Origin: a virus
Lineage: Duplodnaviria > Caudoviricetes
Direction: 5' to 3' (one strand)
Virus record (IMG/VR): IMGVR_UViG_3300040735_000029
Span: 1 to 45,356 of that record
Length of the DNA: 45,356 bases
Position numbers and translations under genes: made by a program. Positions 35,210 through 44,531 of this stretch are shown in pieces; positions within the stretch are counted from its first letter, which is position 1, and each line of letters begins with the position of its first letter. The notes under the pieces are model-generated. The model made no database searches, was not told the DNA's origin, and worked only from the letters and a program-made list of their open reading frames with translations.

Positions 35210-35411
35210 GCTGTATTCTCCTGAGTTGAAGTTTTTGAAGTCTTTGCTCTCTTTGTCTACAGCGTCTGATAATGCTTATTATGAGAACAACACAGGTTAA
35301 ACAGACAAGTGCTGATGTAACAGATAAGGCAACAGCATATTGTAATGGCAATGCCACTTCAACACAACTCCCTGGGACTTTTACTTGAATGGATGATTCC
35401 ATAGCCACCAC
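35181..35411 (-). CDS. small membrane protein in the lysis cassette
   Basis: TM segment followed by a basic tail. Confidence 0.5.
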   Translation of the reverse strand: MVAMESSIQVKVPGSCVEVALPLQYAVALSVTSALVCLTCVVLIISIIRRCRQREQRLQKLQLRRIQRVTTQHPSP

Positions 35412-37238
35412 CTAAATTGCCTGACCTGTTAGGATGACGCTTCCCCTCCATTTTGTACCATCATAATCAAACCCAAGGGTGGTTACTGTATTGGCAGTTG
35501 TTGTTATGCTGCCAGTTAAGACCATGTTTGCCCCCAGGGTCATTGTTCTACCACCAGTTGCATCCTGGACAAGACGTATTCTGATTGATTGTCCTTGGAC
35601 TCCATTAACAGGTGTTGCCAAGGTAATATTACCAGTCAGGCTACCAATAAGGTGGTAATCTGCCATAGACGCATCAACAGCAACACTGGCAGCATAAGAA
35701 ACAGACTTCTGCCTGATAGGAACAAGGAACTTTGGATCACAGGTATTGCCTGTGTAGTTGCTATATGATACTGTGCTATAATTTTGAACCAGAGGATCAC
35801 CAGTTGTAGCAGCAGCAATTGTAGCAGCATTAAAGTTCACCTTGTTGTTTGTGAATGAAAATGCTGATATTACTGATGCAGGCAGGGATACAATGTATCT
35901 CTGGGTGGGTGCTCTGTGGGCAAGGAGACAGTCTGTAAATACATTGTTATCAATATTGACATTGGATGATGTTGTTATAAGAGAGATAACATTCTGGGAG
36001 CAGCGTTTTACAACATTGTTGGAAAAGTTGAAGCCATTGGCAGAATTGGCAGCAACAATATTGATCATCTCTTTTGTTGTGCCATAGCCATTATCATCCA
36101 TACCACAGATAACATTGAAAGCAACATTGGAATTGTTAATGGAAAATGGACTTGGGACATAAATCAAGGCCCCAGTAGTCATACCATTATTGAGGATAAC
36201 ATTATTACAGATTGATCCCAGATTTAATGTGCCCCTCCAGATACCTGTTGTTGTATCCATGTAATTGTTATTAATCTGTATGCCCCAAATTTTATCAGCA
36301 TTGGCTTTTGTATTGTAAAACAGCCAGGCATTACCACCAGAGTGGACTCTGTTATTGGTGAATGATATTGTTCTGAAGCCACTATTTGTCTTCTGGTCAG
36401 AATTGCCACCTTCAGTCAGACCTGAAAAATCAAGGTCTATACCCTCAAGGAATGCAACAACAGCACTATTGTATATCGTCAGCCCTCTACCATTGAGATA
36501 GCCAATCTTGTATGAATTTCCAATTATGCAGTTATCAAATATGAGGTCAATATCCTGGATGTGATCAGTTCTGTTTGCATTGAATATCTGCATGGCAGCA
36601 TCACCTGTCCCATTACCATACAAGCAGACAGACTGGAACTTGATCCCATCAGCAAGGATATTGAACATTGTTATGTTTGACGTTGTTCTTATCTTTGCCT
36701 TACCATCAATGTATCTTGAAGATTCACCACAAATCAGCTGCCCTTGCCTGGTAAGATTAATGGCAGATGATGTTAGGTATGAGTCTGTAAGATCAACAAT
36801 ATCATAAGAGTCAAAACATTTCTGTAAAGCATCATGGGAATCAACAGAATCATTGGCGCCAAACCATTCAGGGTAAACTTTAGACACAGACCCTTCTGAG
36901 AATACAATAGAGCCTGTACCTGTCCAGTAAAAGCAGGCTGTCTTGGGGGATAAGAATTTCCCAACAAATGTAAGTGTTTTCCCATCAGCAACATGTATCC
37001 CTGCCTGGGCACATCGGGTTATTGAAACATTGTCAGGAACAGTTGTATCAGCAGTTACAGAGCAGTCAACATCAACAATCAGGGTGGCTTCTGTTGCCCC
37101 AATGTATGATATAGCTGACTGGAAATTCTGGAAATGGCTGACACAGAATGTATTCCTGACAACATTCAAGATGCCTTGCATCTCAGGAGCAACCAGAACT
37201 TTCCTGAGTTGATGGAGATTTTTATATATGACTGACAT
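35412..37238 (-). CDS. second beta-helix spike/depolymerase-like protein
   Basis: YPEWFGA...DALQKCFD, Asn-rich NN repeats, C-terminal QDATGGRT domain. Confidence 0.8.
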   Translation of the reverse strand: MSVIYKNLHQLRKVLVAPEMQGILNVVRNTFCVSHFQNFQSAISYIGATEATLIVDVDCSVTADTTVPDNVSITRCAQAGIHVADGKTLTFVGKFLSPKTACFYWTGTGSIVFSEGSVSKVYPEWFGANDSVDSHDALQKCFDSYDIVDLTDSYLTSSAINLTRQGQLICGESSRYIDGKAKIRTTSNITMFNILADGIKFQSVCLYGNGTGDAAMQIFNANRTDHIQDIDLIFDNCIIGNSYKIGYLNGRGLTIYNSAVVAFLEGIDLDFSGLTEGGNSDQKTNSGFRTISFTNNRVHSGGNAWLFYNTKANADKIWGIQINNNYMDTTTGIWRGTLNLGSICNNVILNNGMTTGALIYVPSPFSINNSNVAFNVICGMDDNGYGTTKEMINIVAANSANGFNFSNNVVKRCSQNVISLITTSSNVNIDNNVFTDCLLAHRAPTQRYIVSLPASVISAFSFTNNKVNFNAATIAAATTGDPLVQNYSTVSYSNYTGNTCDPKFLVPIRQKSVSYAASVAVDASMADYHLIGSLTGNITLATPVNGVQGQSIRIRLVQDATGGRTMTLGANMVLTGSITTTANTVTTLGFDYDGTKWRGSVILTGQAI

Positions 37239-37240
37239 GA

Positions 37241-37471
37241 TTACTCCTCATCAATTTCAAGTTCCAGAATTAAATTGATTCCTGATATCTTGCCCAAGAC
37301 CAGTGTAGTCTGCAGTGCCGTCTGCTCCACTGAGCTGAGATTCAATTGACTCCCCGACAGGAGGCTGTCCTGCAGCTTTTGCCGCTGGTTGTTTAATTCC
37401 TTGAACACCAGCTTTGTTGTTGGGTGGTGAAGCCACTGAAGCATCTGTTCCTTTGTTATTTGATCTTCCAT
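37241..37471 (-). CDS. small conserved protein downstream of (and overlapping) the portal gene
   Basis: GGAGGAG RBS; W..HP.T pattern; helical. Confidence 0.65.
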   Translation of the reverse strand: MEDQITKEQMLQWLHHPTTKLVFKELNNQRQKLQDSLLSGSQLNLSSVEQTALQTTLVLGKISGINLILELEIDEE

Positions 37472-39428
37472 TGGCTCCTCCATCTGCTGCTTGGTTTAAT
37501 TTGGCAACTTCCCGTTCATGCTGTCTTTCAGCTGCAAGGTCTGATGCAATAGCCTTGTACTGTTCAAGCTGAGCACCAGGCTCAACAGCCTCAGCATCTG
37601 CTATGGTCTTGAGGGTCTGTGCCCTGAGCAGATCAATCTCAGCATTGGCCCTTTCCAGGTTGGCTTCTGCCTGTCGAGTCCTTATTTCAGCATCCCTGAG
37701 TTTGATATCCATATCATCCTTTGCCTTCTGTGTTTCCAGCTGGAATTTCAGCACATCAGGGGAGGGAGCAGGGTTATTGAGCATTGCTTCAATCTTATCC
37801 CTGGGCAAGAGCTTATCAATATTTTTGGCAGATATTGACTCATAGTACTGTCTGAGGATTTCAATCTTGCCTTCAGGGGTGGGATTGGCTTCCAGAGTCT
37901 GCATCAGAGCATTAGACTGGGCAAGACGTTGTGCCTCAGAAGCCATGGTGGGATCAGCAACAGGAACAACATTGAAATTATTGACCTGATAGTCATTCTT
38001 GAATACTGCTGCCTGTTCCTGTGAGTCAATTATGTTGAAATACTCAACTTCATCCAGATACAGGCTATTGAGTCTGTATGCCTTCTTGAATTCTTCTTTC
38101 AGTGCCCTGTAGATGCGTTTGTAAATGCCAGAGAACACCTTCAGGCCCTGTTCAATAAGGGCAAGAGTGGTGGTTGCAGGGGTATTCTGGGAGGGAGTTT
38201 CACCCATCATGGCATCATTAACAGAGGCCATCTTGTTCCCAGTCTCAATGAGCAAGCCAAGAAGCTGGAAAAGGACATTGGATGGCTCCTTGATTGGGAG
38301 GGGCATGATGCTATCCTTAAGGCTCATCCCAGTACAGTCCACAGGCTTCCATTCTCCCAAGGAAAATGAGAGGTGTCCACCCTTCCAGCGCAGACCTTTG
38401 CTTATAAAACCCCCACCAGTATTGGACAGGGCACCAGCATCCAGCAGCAGATTGATGGTAGTTGAGATGGATTCATTGATGGGACCAAGGAGATGGGCAA
38501 ATCCAAGGTCATAAAACTCACCATCAGGGGAGGGAATGAAGGAAAACTTGGTGAAATACTGGATAGGAGTGATCCGAACAACCTTATTACCATTTGTTTC
38601 AAGTGTGGACTCATCATAATTGGCCACTATCCTGGCAATAGACTCACTCTCATAGTGGATTGTTATGATATATGGCTCTTCATAGCCATCACCATCCAGG
38701 TCATACCAGCAATGCTGCTCAATGAAAAGCTCCTGCTCATCTTCACAGCCATCTGTGTAGTCAAACTTCTCAGATACACCACCAGTAAACAGACCCTTGT
38801 TTTCTCTTTCCAACACCTCATTCTTGTACAGCATGATCCTATGGCTGATCCTGCGGCAAGTATCAATGCCCCCTTTGTGCTTAAGATTAACAACCAGCTC
38901 AAAGGGGGTGAGGCTGATGGATTTGTTCCTGGCCAGGAGGCTGTCAAAGTATGTTTTCTTGAAATAGGTTCCCATGACAGGGAGGCCATGGAGCAGCTGA
39001 TCCAGGTCAGACTCCCACTCAGTCATCTGTTCCAGGAACTGAAAGCTCATGTGCTGGGAAACACGCTTGGCTTGAGACTGCTTCTGGCCAGAGGTGTCTT
39101 CTCCAATCACTGCTACCTTTACAACATCAGGGCTTTTGACTATCTGGGGATAGCATCGGGCAGCAAACTGGATGCTTGAGATAACAATCAGAGGGTACTT
39201 GACATTGGCAGCCCCCTTCCAAGGGAATGTCTTTGTCTCTGTGATCTGCTTGGCTATCTTGAGGCCCTCTTCAGTCCTCCTGTACCAGTCAACCCTTGAA
39301 TTCTCATCAAGGTCATACCCAGCCTTGACCCTGGCAGCAACCTTTTTGACAGTGTCCTCATCCAGGGAGTCCACAAGGTTGGGCACATCAATATTGTCAA
39401 GCAGCCATTGCAAATTCTTCTTGGCCAT
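37257..39428 (-). CDS. portal protein
   Basis: follows the terminase; PWKGAANV.YP, FKKTYFD, GF, PS.VLFQLLG, P.TTTLALIEQG, PVADP. Confidence 0.9.
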   Translation of the reverse strand: MAKKNLQWLLDNIDVPNLVDSLDEDTVKKVAARVKAGYDLDENSRVDWYRRTEEGLKIAKQITETKTFPWKGAANVKYPLIVISSIQFAARCYPQIVKSPDVVKVAVIGEDTSGQKQSQAKRVSQHMSFQFLEQMTEWESDLDQLLHGLPVMGTYFKKTYFDSLLARNKSISLTPFELVVNLKHKGGIDTCRRISHRIMLYKNEVLERENKGLFTGGVSEKFDYTDGCEDEQELFIEQHCWYDLDGDGYEEPYIITIHYESESIARIVANYDESTLETNGNKVVRITPIQYFTKFSFIPSPDGEFYDLGFAHLLGPINESISTTINLLLDAGALSNTGGGFISKGLRWKGGHLSFSLGEWKPVDCTGMSLKDSIMPLPIKEPSNVLFQLLGLLIETGNKMASVNDAMMGETPSQNTPATTTLALIEQGLKVFSGIYKRIYRALKEEFKKAYRLNSLYLDEVEYFNIIDSQEQAAVFKNDYQVNNFNVVPVADPTMASEAQRLAQSNALMQTLEANPTPEGKIEILRQYYESISAKNIDKLLPRDKIEAMLNNPAPSPDVLKFQLETQKAKDDMDIKLRDAEIRTRQAEANLERANAEIDLLRAQTLKTIADAEAVEPGAQLEQYKAIASDLAAERQHEREVAKLNQAADGGANGRSNNKGTDASVASPPNNKAGVQGIKQPAAKAAGQPPVGESIESQLSGADGTADYTGLGQDIRNQFNSGT

Positions 39429-40813
39429 CAGTAACCTCCAATTGCACTTCTGCCAGACCTGGTATCATAATTACTCTGATAAAATGCATCATCCTCATCA
39501 AAGTAATCATCAGCAACATCCTGGGCACGTACAGCTTCATTTGTAATGAATATTCTGGAACAGAGATACTGGAGGGCATCTTGTGAGTCCGCATATCCTG
39601 ATGATTTGTCTGCCCTTTTCAAGAACACACCAGGCATACCAACCATCTCCTTGAAGGCATAGGCCCCCATGAATCCCTGGATCAAGTTATCACAGGAGGG
39701 ATCAATCAAGAAGGCAGGTTCACCATTGAAGACCCTTGTCAGACGTCCACGTACAGATGACCACCTGATATCAGGATTCTGGATGCCATCCTGGAGATTG
39801 ATATCCATCCCCATCTCTCTGGCTTTGATTGTTATGTATGTCTTGGCAGACATCTTGATGCTGTCCCTGTTTTTACCTGCAGGGTCACTGTAATCAGAGT
39901 ATGTACATCTGGGATGCAGGTTTGTCTGGCACCAGAGGACAACAGCCTCAGTGGCATCCCTGATATCAACATCATGGAAGACAAACTCCCTGAACACTCT
40001 CAACTGCTGAACATTCATGTAGGTCAGAACAACAGCAGGAGATAGGCCAGTATTATCCCAGCCCCTGATAATGTGTACAGGCTCTGCAGGAATGAGAGAT
40101 TCCTTGGCAACATGCACGTGCATATTGAACTCAGGGTATATCTTTTTCCCAGCAACACTATCAAAGGAGCACTCATACTCCCTGTCATATTTCTCTTGAG
40201 TGCGGCATCTGATTCTGGCTTTTCTTAGCTGTTCAGGGGTCAGGATGCCAGATCTGGAGGCAGGCAGGACAAGGGTAAATGCTGCTTTCTCCTGCCTCAG
40301 TTCAACAAGCTTGTGATACAGGGCATTGCGCCCATTGGGAGTCCCTGAGAATACAACCCAACCATTCCTATCCATGAGAGCAGGTGAGAGGATGGACTCA
40401 TACACATCAGGATCAATCTGGGCAAATTCATCAAGAACAGCACCATCCAGGTACACACCACGCAGAGCTTCAGGATTATCAGCACCATAAAGGCCAATCC
40501 TGGAACCATTGGGCAGGGTAACTGTGAGTTCAGATTCACTGATTGTGCAGTTGGGAATGGGTTTGGTGTACTTCTTGAGATATTTCCAGGCAATACGCTT
40601 GGCTTGCTTCAGGAAGGGGGCACAGTAGGCAAATTCACCATCATCCCTGGGGAAGGTGATAGCTTTGCGGATGATGTGGTTAAGCAGGAGTACAGTTTTC
40701 CCTGCACGTCGATGCAGAACCAGACAGGCTTCTTCACACCTATCTAGCTCTTTGTGTACAAACGCCAGCTGGGGTCTGGGGGTGTACGGTATCTTTATGA
40801 CCTGGGCAGCCAT
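39428..40813 (-). CDS. terL: terminase large subunit
   Basis: HRRAGKT, LRG..LD.AVLDEFA, GTPNG.N, REYECSF, RNase H-like GWD...DPAG...DALQY. Confidence 0.93.
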   Translation of the reverse strand: MAAQVIKIPYTPRPQLAFVHKELDRCEEACLVLHRRAGKTVLLLNHIIRKAITFPRDDGEFAYCAPFLKQAKRIAWKYLKKYTKPIPNCTISESELTVTLPNGSRIGLYGADNPEALRGVYLDGAVLDEFAQIDPDVYESILSPALMDRNGWVVFSGTPNGRNALYHKLVELRQEKAAFTLVLPASRSGILTPEQLRKARIRCRTQEKYDREYECSFDSVAGKKIYPEFNMHVHVAKESLIPAEPVHIIRGWDNTGLSPAVVLTYMNVQQLRVFREFVFHDVDIRDATEAVVLWCQTNLHPRCTYSDYSDPAGKNRDSIKMSAKTYITIKAREMGMDINLQDGIQNPDIRWSSVRGRLTRVFNGEPAFLIDPSCDNLIQGFMGAYAFKEMVGMPGVFLKRADKSSGYADSQDALQYLCSRIFITNEAVRAQDVADDYFDEDDAFYQSNYDTRSGRSAIGGY

Positions 40814-41136
40814 CAGTCAGTATCATCAGCAGTTATAGCATTCATGATACCAGTAGCAGCAGCACCAAGGGGAGGTGACGGGTCTTCATCCTCCCAGGTA
40901 ATGACCATGCGCAGAGGCTCTTTGGAGCTGCCGGTGATGGTCTGCTTCATTTCCCTGGGAATGAGTCGGGGCAGGATGTCCTTGTAGAAGATACGCCTGT
41001 TCACAGTGGATTGTTCAACCCAGTCTTGCAGGCCAGCCTCTCCACCAAGATTGTAATAGACATCCTCAACACTTTCCCTGAGTGCTTTCCTGACAGGCTT
41101 TCCAGCTAATGGATTTGTTGAGTTATTGTCATTCAT
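40813..41136 (-). CDS. putative terminase small subunit
   Basis: directly upstream of terL; LGG...W...FY...RLIP pattern. Confidence 0.65.
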   Translation of the reverse strand: MNDNNSTNPLAGKPVRKALRESVEDVYYNLGGEAGLQDWVEQSTVNRRIFYKDILPRLIPREMKQTITGSSKEPLRMVITWEDEDPSPPLGAAATGIMNAITADDTD

Positions 41137-41142
41137 GGCTGT

Positions 41143-41172
41143 ATTATAGACCTGTAGTATAGTATAAGTAAA
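41143..41172 (-). promoter_or_regulatory. promoter of the packaging operon, possibly giving a leaderless mRNA
   Basis: TTTACT-18-TATAAT ending 6 nt before the ATG at 41136. Confidence 0.6.
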
Positions 41173-41450
41173 GTAAGAAAATTCTAATATAACATTATCA
41201 TGATAAAAATCAAATGGATAGGTGGCAATAATTGATACTGGGCAGGTGTGGATGGGGGGGGTTGAATATTATTGAGTGTCAATTGCAGGTGGGGGTTTGA
41301 ACTGTGTCTAGGGAAATTGAAAAATTTATGATGGTGGTATATAGCTTTAGTAAGCAATAGGGGGTGGGGGAGGGGTGCCATCCACCACTCGACACCAGCC
41401 ATCTGACAGTCATCCACCACCAGGAGCTAAGAGGCCAGCAGCCAGGGTTC

Positions 41451-41660
41451 ATTAACACTCATTAACTAACAGTGGCTAATTAATATCAGAAGATTAACAT
41501 TTGGCTAATTAACTCAGGACTAATTAGCAATGTACTAATTAACTCAGGACTAATTATGAGTGTCTATGGGCCATTGCCATAATTATGATTGCACTTATTA
41601 ATCACTCATTAATAATGGTTGTTTTAATCATGGGGAGTTAAGTTTGATTTGGTTAATTAA
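41451..41660. repeat. ~15-bp-periodic TAATTA/TTAA array including a 22-bp direct repeat
   Basis: ctaattaactcaggactaatta at 41505 and 41535; TAATTA at 41477, 41506, 41521, 41536, 41551 and 41580. Confidence 0.8.
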
Positions 41661-41699
41661 CCATCCACGATGGGCGATGGGCCTGGGGTGGTTGCCGGC

Positions 41700-42350
41700 G
41701 GGCGGTTGATACTGGGGGCAAAATACGCGTTACCCGAATCCCCTATATAGGAAAAAAAAAAAAAAAAAAAAAAATTTTTTAATTTTCAACTCGCGGCGGA
41801 TACATAATTTTATTCAAACTTTTATCCAATCAACATCTTCCTTTTTCTTCCTTCGAACTCCCCCAGTACCCCCCACCCATCATCAACCTACAATCAACCA
41901 CCACCTAACTACCTGAAATCATTAACTAAATACACAGAATACACACTTTCCTCCCCTAAAATATCACCTAAATACCTGGAATTATTAAAGAAAATCCACT
42001 AAATACACACGAAAACAAGAAATTTTTCGAAATTTTTTTTTTCGTTCCCTATATAGGAGCGTATTTTCGGATTCTCCCCTTGGTAAAAAATCCACTCCTT
42101 GCCACTTATCATGCCACTAGACTGCTTGCTATAAAAACCCAACTTACCCTATAGGCCACTGCAATAGAACCAAGTTTTAAAATATCCCCACCTGGATTCT
42201 CCCCCAGTAACCTTCCTGAAAAAATATATCATATGATAAAATTTTTGTATCTTTTCTCGGATGATTCAGGCATAATTAAATAAAAACGCTTCAATTAGAT
42301 GTTGGTGGGCAGGCCACCCTTTGGCCCCTTAGAACTATAGAAAAGGAGAA
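41700..42350. other. non-coding region B, candidate origin and divergent control region
   Basis: two opposed CCTATATAGG/A-tract units, AATAC repeats, A23 run, switch in coding strand. Confidence 0.55.
42001..42075. repeat. inverted-repeat copy B (partner at 15248-15319)
   Basis: caagaaatttttcgaaattttttttttcgttccctatatagg...gtattttcggattct. Confidence 0.9.
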
Positions 42351-42355
42351 TCACC

Positions 42356-43135
42356 ATGGCTAGAAAATCATCAAAAAAATCTGCTACCGTTGCTGCCCCT
42401 GCCACCCTCCCCTTGTTTCCCTTTGATGATCCACAAGAGTGGCTGGACCAAATCGAACACCCCCTACCTGAATGGGATCTGCTTCTACCCGTTGCCCCGG
42501 TCGCGCCTATCTCCACAGTAATACCCACGCCGGCGGAGCCTCCCCAGGAGCTGGTCTTATGCTCACTTTGCGGCCGTTCGGTTTTGAAATCCTCCACATT
42601 CTGCCTCCCCTCCAGTGATGGTGGGACCAGATACTATTGCAAAAAAGATCCCCTCTGCAAGACCAGTGGAAAGGGCAAAAAGGCCCCTGCCCCTGAGAAG
42701 ATGGCCAAGGATATCCAGGAAGCCACAAAGGCAGCCAAACAGGCTCAGACCCAAAGAACTGCCCCTGCTAAGAAAGTTGGAGAGTCTGCCCCTAAAAAGG
42801 GCGGGATGTTTGATACCTGCCAGTTGTTTCCCCTGGAGAATAAACGTTCCAGTAGTGAGTCCGTTCGCACCGCCATCTATAAGGAGATTGAGAAGAATCC
42901 TGGGACCACCATCCTTGAACTCGCAGAATCTGGTGCGGCTACCATCGCGGTGATCAGGGACTGCGTTCGCAAACTCTTTGCAGACCTCAAAATCCAGATT
43001 GATGGGTGGAAAGTTTTGACCCCCCGCACGTTTGACTTCGAAAAGGTTGAAAAAGACTATGATGATCCCATGGCCTGGGATCATCTCTTGATCCTGGCCC
43101 CCAAGCCTGCCTGGGACTATATGATTGAAGAGTAA
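42356..43135 (+). CDS. early protein with Cys cluster, Lys/Ala/Pro linker and winged-HTH domain
   Basis: AAAGGAG RBS; CSLC...YYC...C; RTAIYKEIEKNPGTTILELAE. Confidence 0.7.
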   Translation: MARKSSKKSATVAAPATLPLFPFDDPQEWLDQIEHPLPEWDLLLPVAPVAPISTVIPTPAEPPQELVLCSLCGRSVLKSSTFCLPSSDGGTRYYCKKDPLCKTSGKGKKAPAPEKMAKDIQEATKAAKQAQTQRTAPAKKVGESAPKKGGMFDTCQLFPLENKRSSSESVRTAIYKEIEKNPGTTILELAESGAATIAVIRDCVRKLFADLKIQIDGWKVLTPRTFDFEKVEKDYDDPMAWDHLLILAPKPAWDYMIEE

Positions 43136-43208
43136 AACCTTAATCCAAAGGAGGGGTGAGTGTTCACCCCTCCCCTATCCACCAACATCAAACACAAAGG
43201 AGTAAGTC

Positions 43209-44246
43209 ATGGCTCATGAACTTTCGTTTATCAATGGCGTCGCAGAATTTGCATTCCTGCAGGGAACTCCCGTATGGCACGGATTTGGCCAGATGGTTCC
43301 CCTGGACCAGGCCAACAACATTGATGCCTGGCTCTACCAGTCGAATATGGGGATGTGGACTATCAAGTCAGCCCCCACCCTCTGCTATGATGATGAGAGG
43401 GGAACTGTCATCACCCTCCCCTCCAAAAAGATCCTGTACCGCTCTGATACATTGGCACCATTGGCTGATGTTGGGGTTGGCTATAATGTTGTCCAGCCAC
43501 GTGAGATTGTCCAGTTTTTTGAGGATCTGATCCATACTATGGGATTCCAGATGGTTACCTGCGGCGTTTTGTTTGGGGGCCGTAGGTTCTGGGCCCAGGC
43601 AGACATTGGCCAGGACATATCCATCCTGGGCCAGGAAAGTGTAAAGGGTAAGTTGCTTATCGCAACATCCTGTGACCTGTCGATGAAGACTCGTGCCCAG
43701 TATACCACAACCTGTGTCGTCTGCAACAATACCCTGCGCATGGCCACCGCGTCTGATAAGAACTATGTGGAGATAGCACATGGCTCCAAGTTTGATGCAG
43801 ATGGAGTAAAGCAGGCCTTGGAACTCCAGCCTGATGCAATGCTCCGTTGGAAAAAGCTGGCAGAGGCCATGTCATCCATCAAGCTTGAACGCCAGAAGGC
43901 AGAGCTGTTCTTTGACTGTGTCTTCAATGGCCCCCTCCCCCAGTTGGAGAACATAGACCAGTTCCCTGCTACTGCTGAGCAACTCCAGGGCATCCAGCTG
44001 AAGCTGGCTGAGGAACGTAGCTCCAAGCACATCGAACGGTGCTTGGAGCTGTGGGATGGCCAGGGCCTGGGGATGGAACTTGACTGCCGGCACCATACCC
44101 TTTGGGGTGCGGTCAATTCTGTTACGGAATACATTGACCACCACCGTGCCACCCGCACGATGGATGCCAGGATTGACCGTGCTTGGTTTGGTGATGGGGC
44201 ATCCTACAAGAACACTGCCTGGGAACAGGCAGTTGAGATGCTGTAA
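43209..44246 (+). CDS. DUF932-family phage/plasmid protein
   Basis: MAHEL...PVWHGFG, YRSDT...VG..Y.VVQP, G.L.GG...W, VVCNNT, TLWGAVNSVTEY.DH, WFG.GA..K. Confidence 0.9.
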   Translation: MAHELSFINGVAEFAFLQGTPVWHGFGQMVPLDQANNIDAWLYQSNMGMWTIKSAPTLCYDDERGTVITLPSKKILYRSDTLAPLADVGVGYNVVQPREIVQFFEDLIHTMGFQMVTCGVLFGGRRFWAQADIGQDISILGQESVKGKLLIATSCDLSMKTRAQYTTTCVVCNNTLRMATASDKNYVEIAHGSKFDADGVKQALELQPDAMLRWKKLAEAMSSIKLERQKAELFFDCVFNGPLPQLENIDQFPATAEQLQGIQLKLAEERSSKHIERCLELWDGQGLGMELDCRHHTLWGAVNSVTEYIDHHRATRTMDARIDRAWFGDGASYKNTAWEQAVEML

Positions 44247-44300
44247 CACTATCCCAGAGGGGCCAGAGATGGCCCCTCGCAACCTAGAACTGGAGGATTT

Positions 44301-44495
44301 ATGGTCAAGACAAGCAACAAGGTCATATCCATGCTAACAGGTGTTGTGGTTCGCCCCAACTCTGACCTGCGGGGCAAACGTGCTGAAAAGCAAGCCATAG
44401 CAGCCAAAGGGGAAAACTGGACCCTATTCATCAACTATTTTTACAACAAGTTCATAGACCTGGTACCTGTGCCCATAAAACAGTGTCAACATTAA
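44301..44495 (+). CDS. hypothetical protein
   Basis: GGAGG RBS; flanked by hairpins. Confidence 0.6.
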   Translation: MVKTSNKVISMLTGVVVRPNSDLRGKRAEKQAIAAKGENWTLFINYFYNKFIDLVPVPIKQCQH

Positions 44496-44531
44496 CAGCC
44501 CTGGCCAGGAGTCCCAGCCAGGGCACTACCT

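Noticed and set aside
38493-39179. 228-aa + strand ORF and the many other antisense or nested ORFs in the track
   Set aside because: They lie opposite or within well-supported genes and lack RBS or motifs
41184-41420. 78-aa ORF upstream of terS
   Set aside because: Low-complexity translation of G-tract DNA; probably non-coding
41505-41556. CRISPR mini-array
   Set aside because: Only two 22-bp copies separated by 8 bp; no spacer-sized unique sequences and no cas genes
41752-41774. A23 run as a retro-element poly(A) tail
   Set aside because: It is the extended A-tract of the CCTATATAGG unit; no target-site duplication or RT, and homopolymer length may be unreliable
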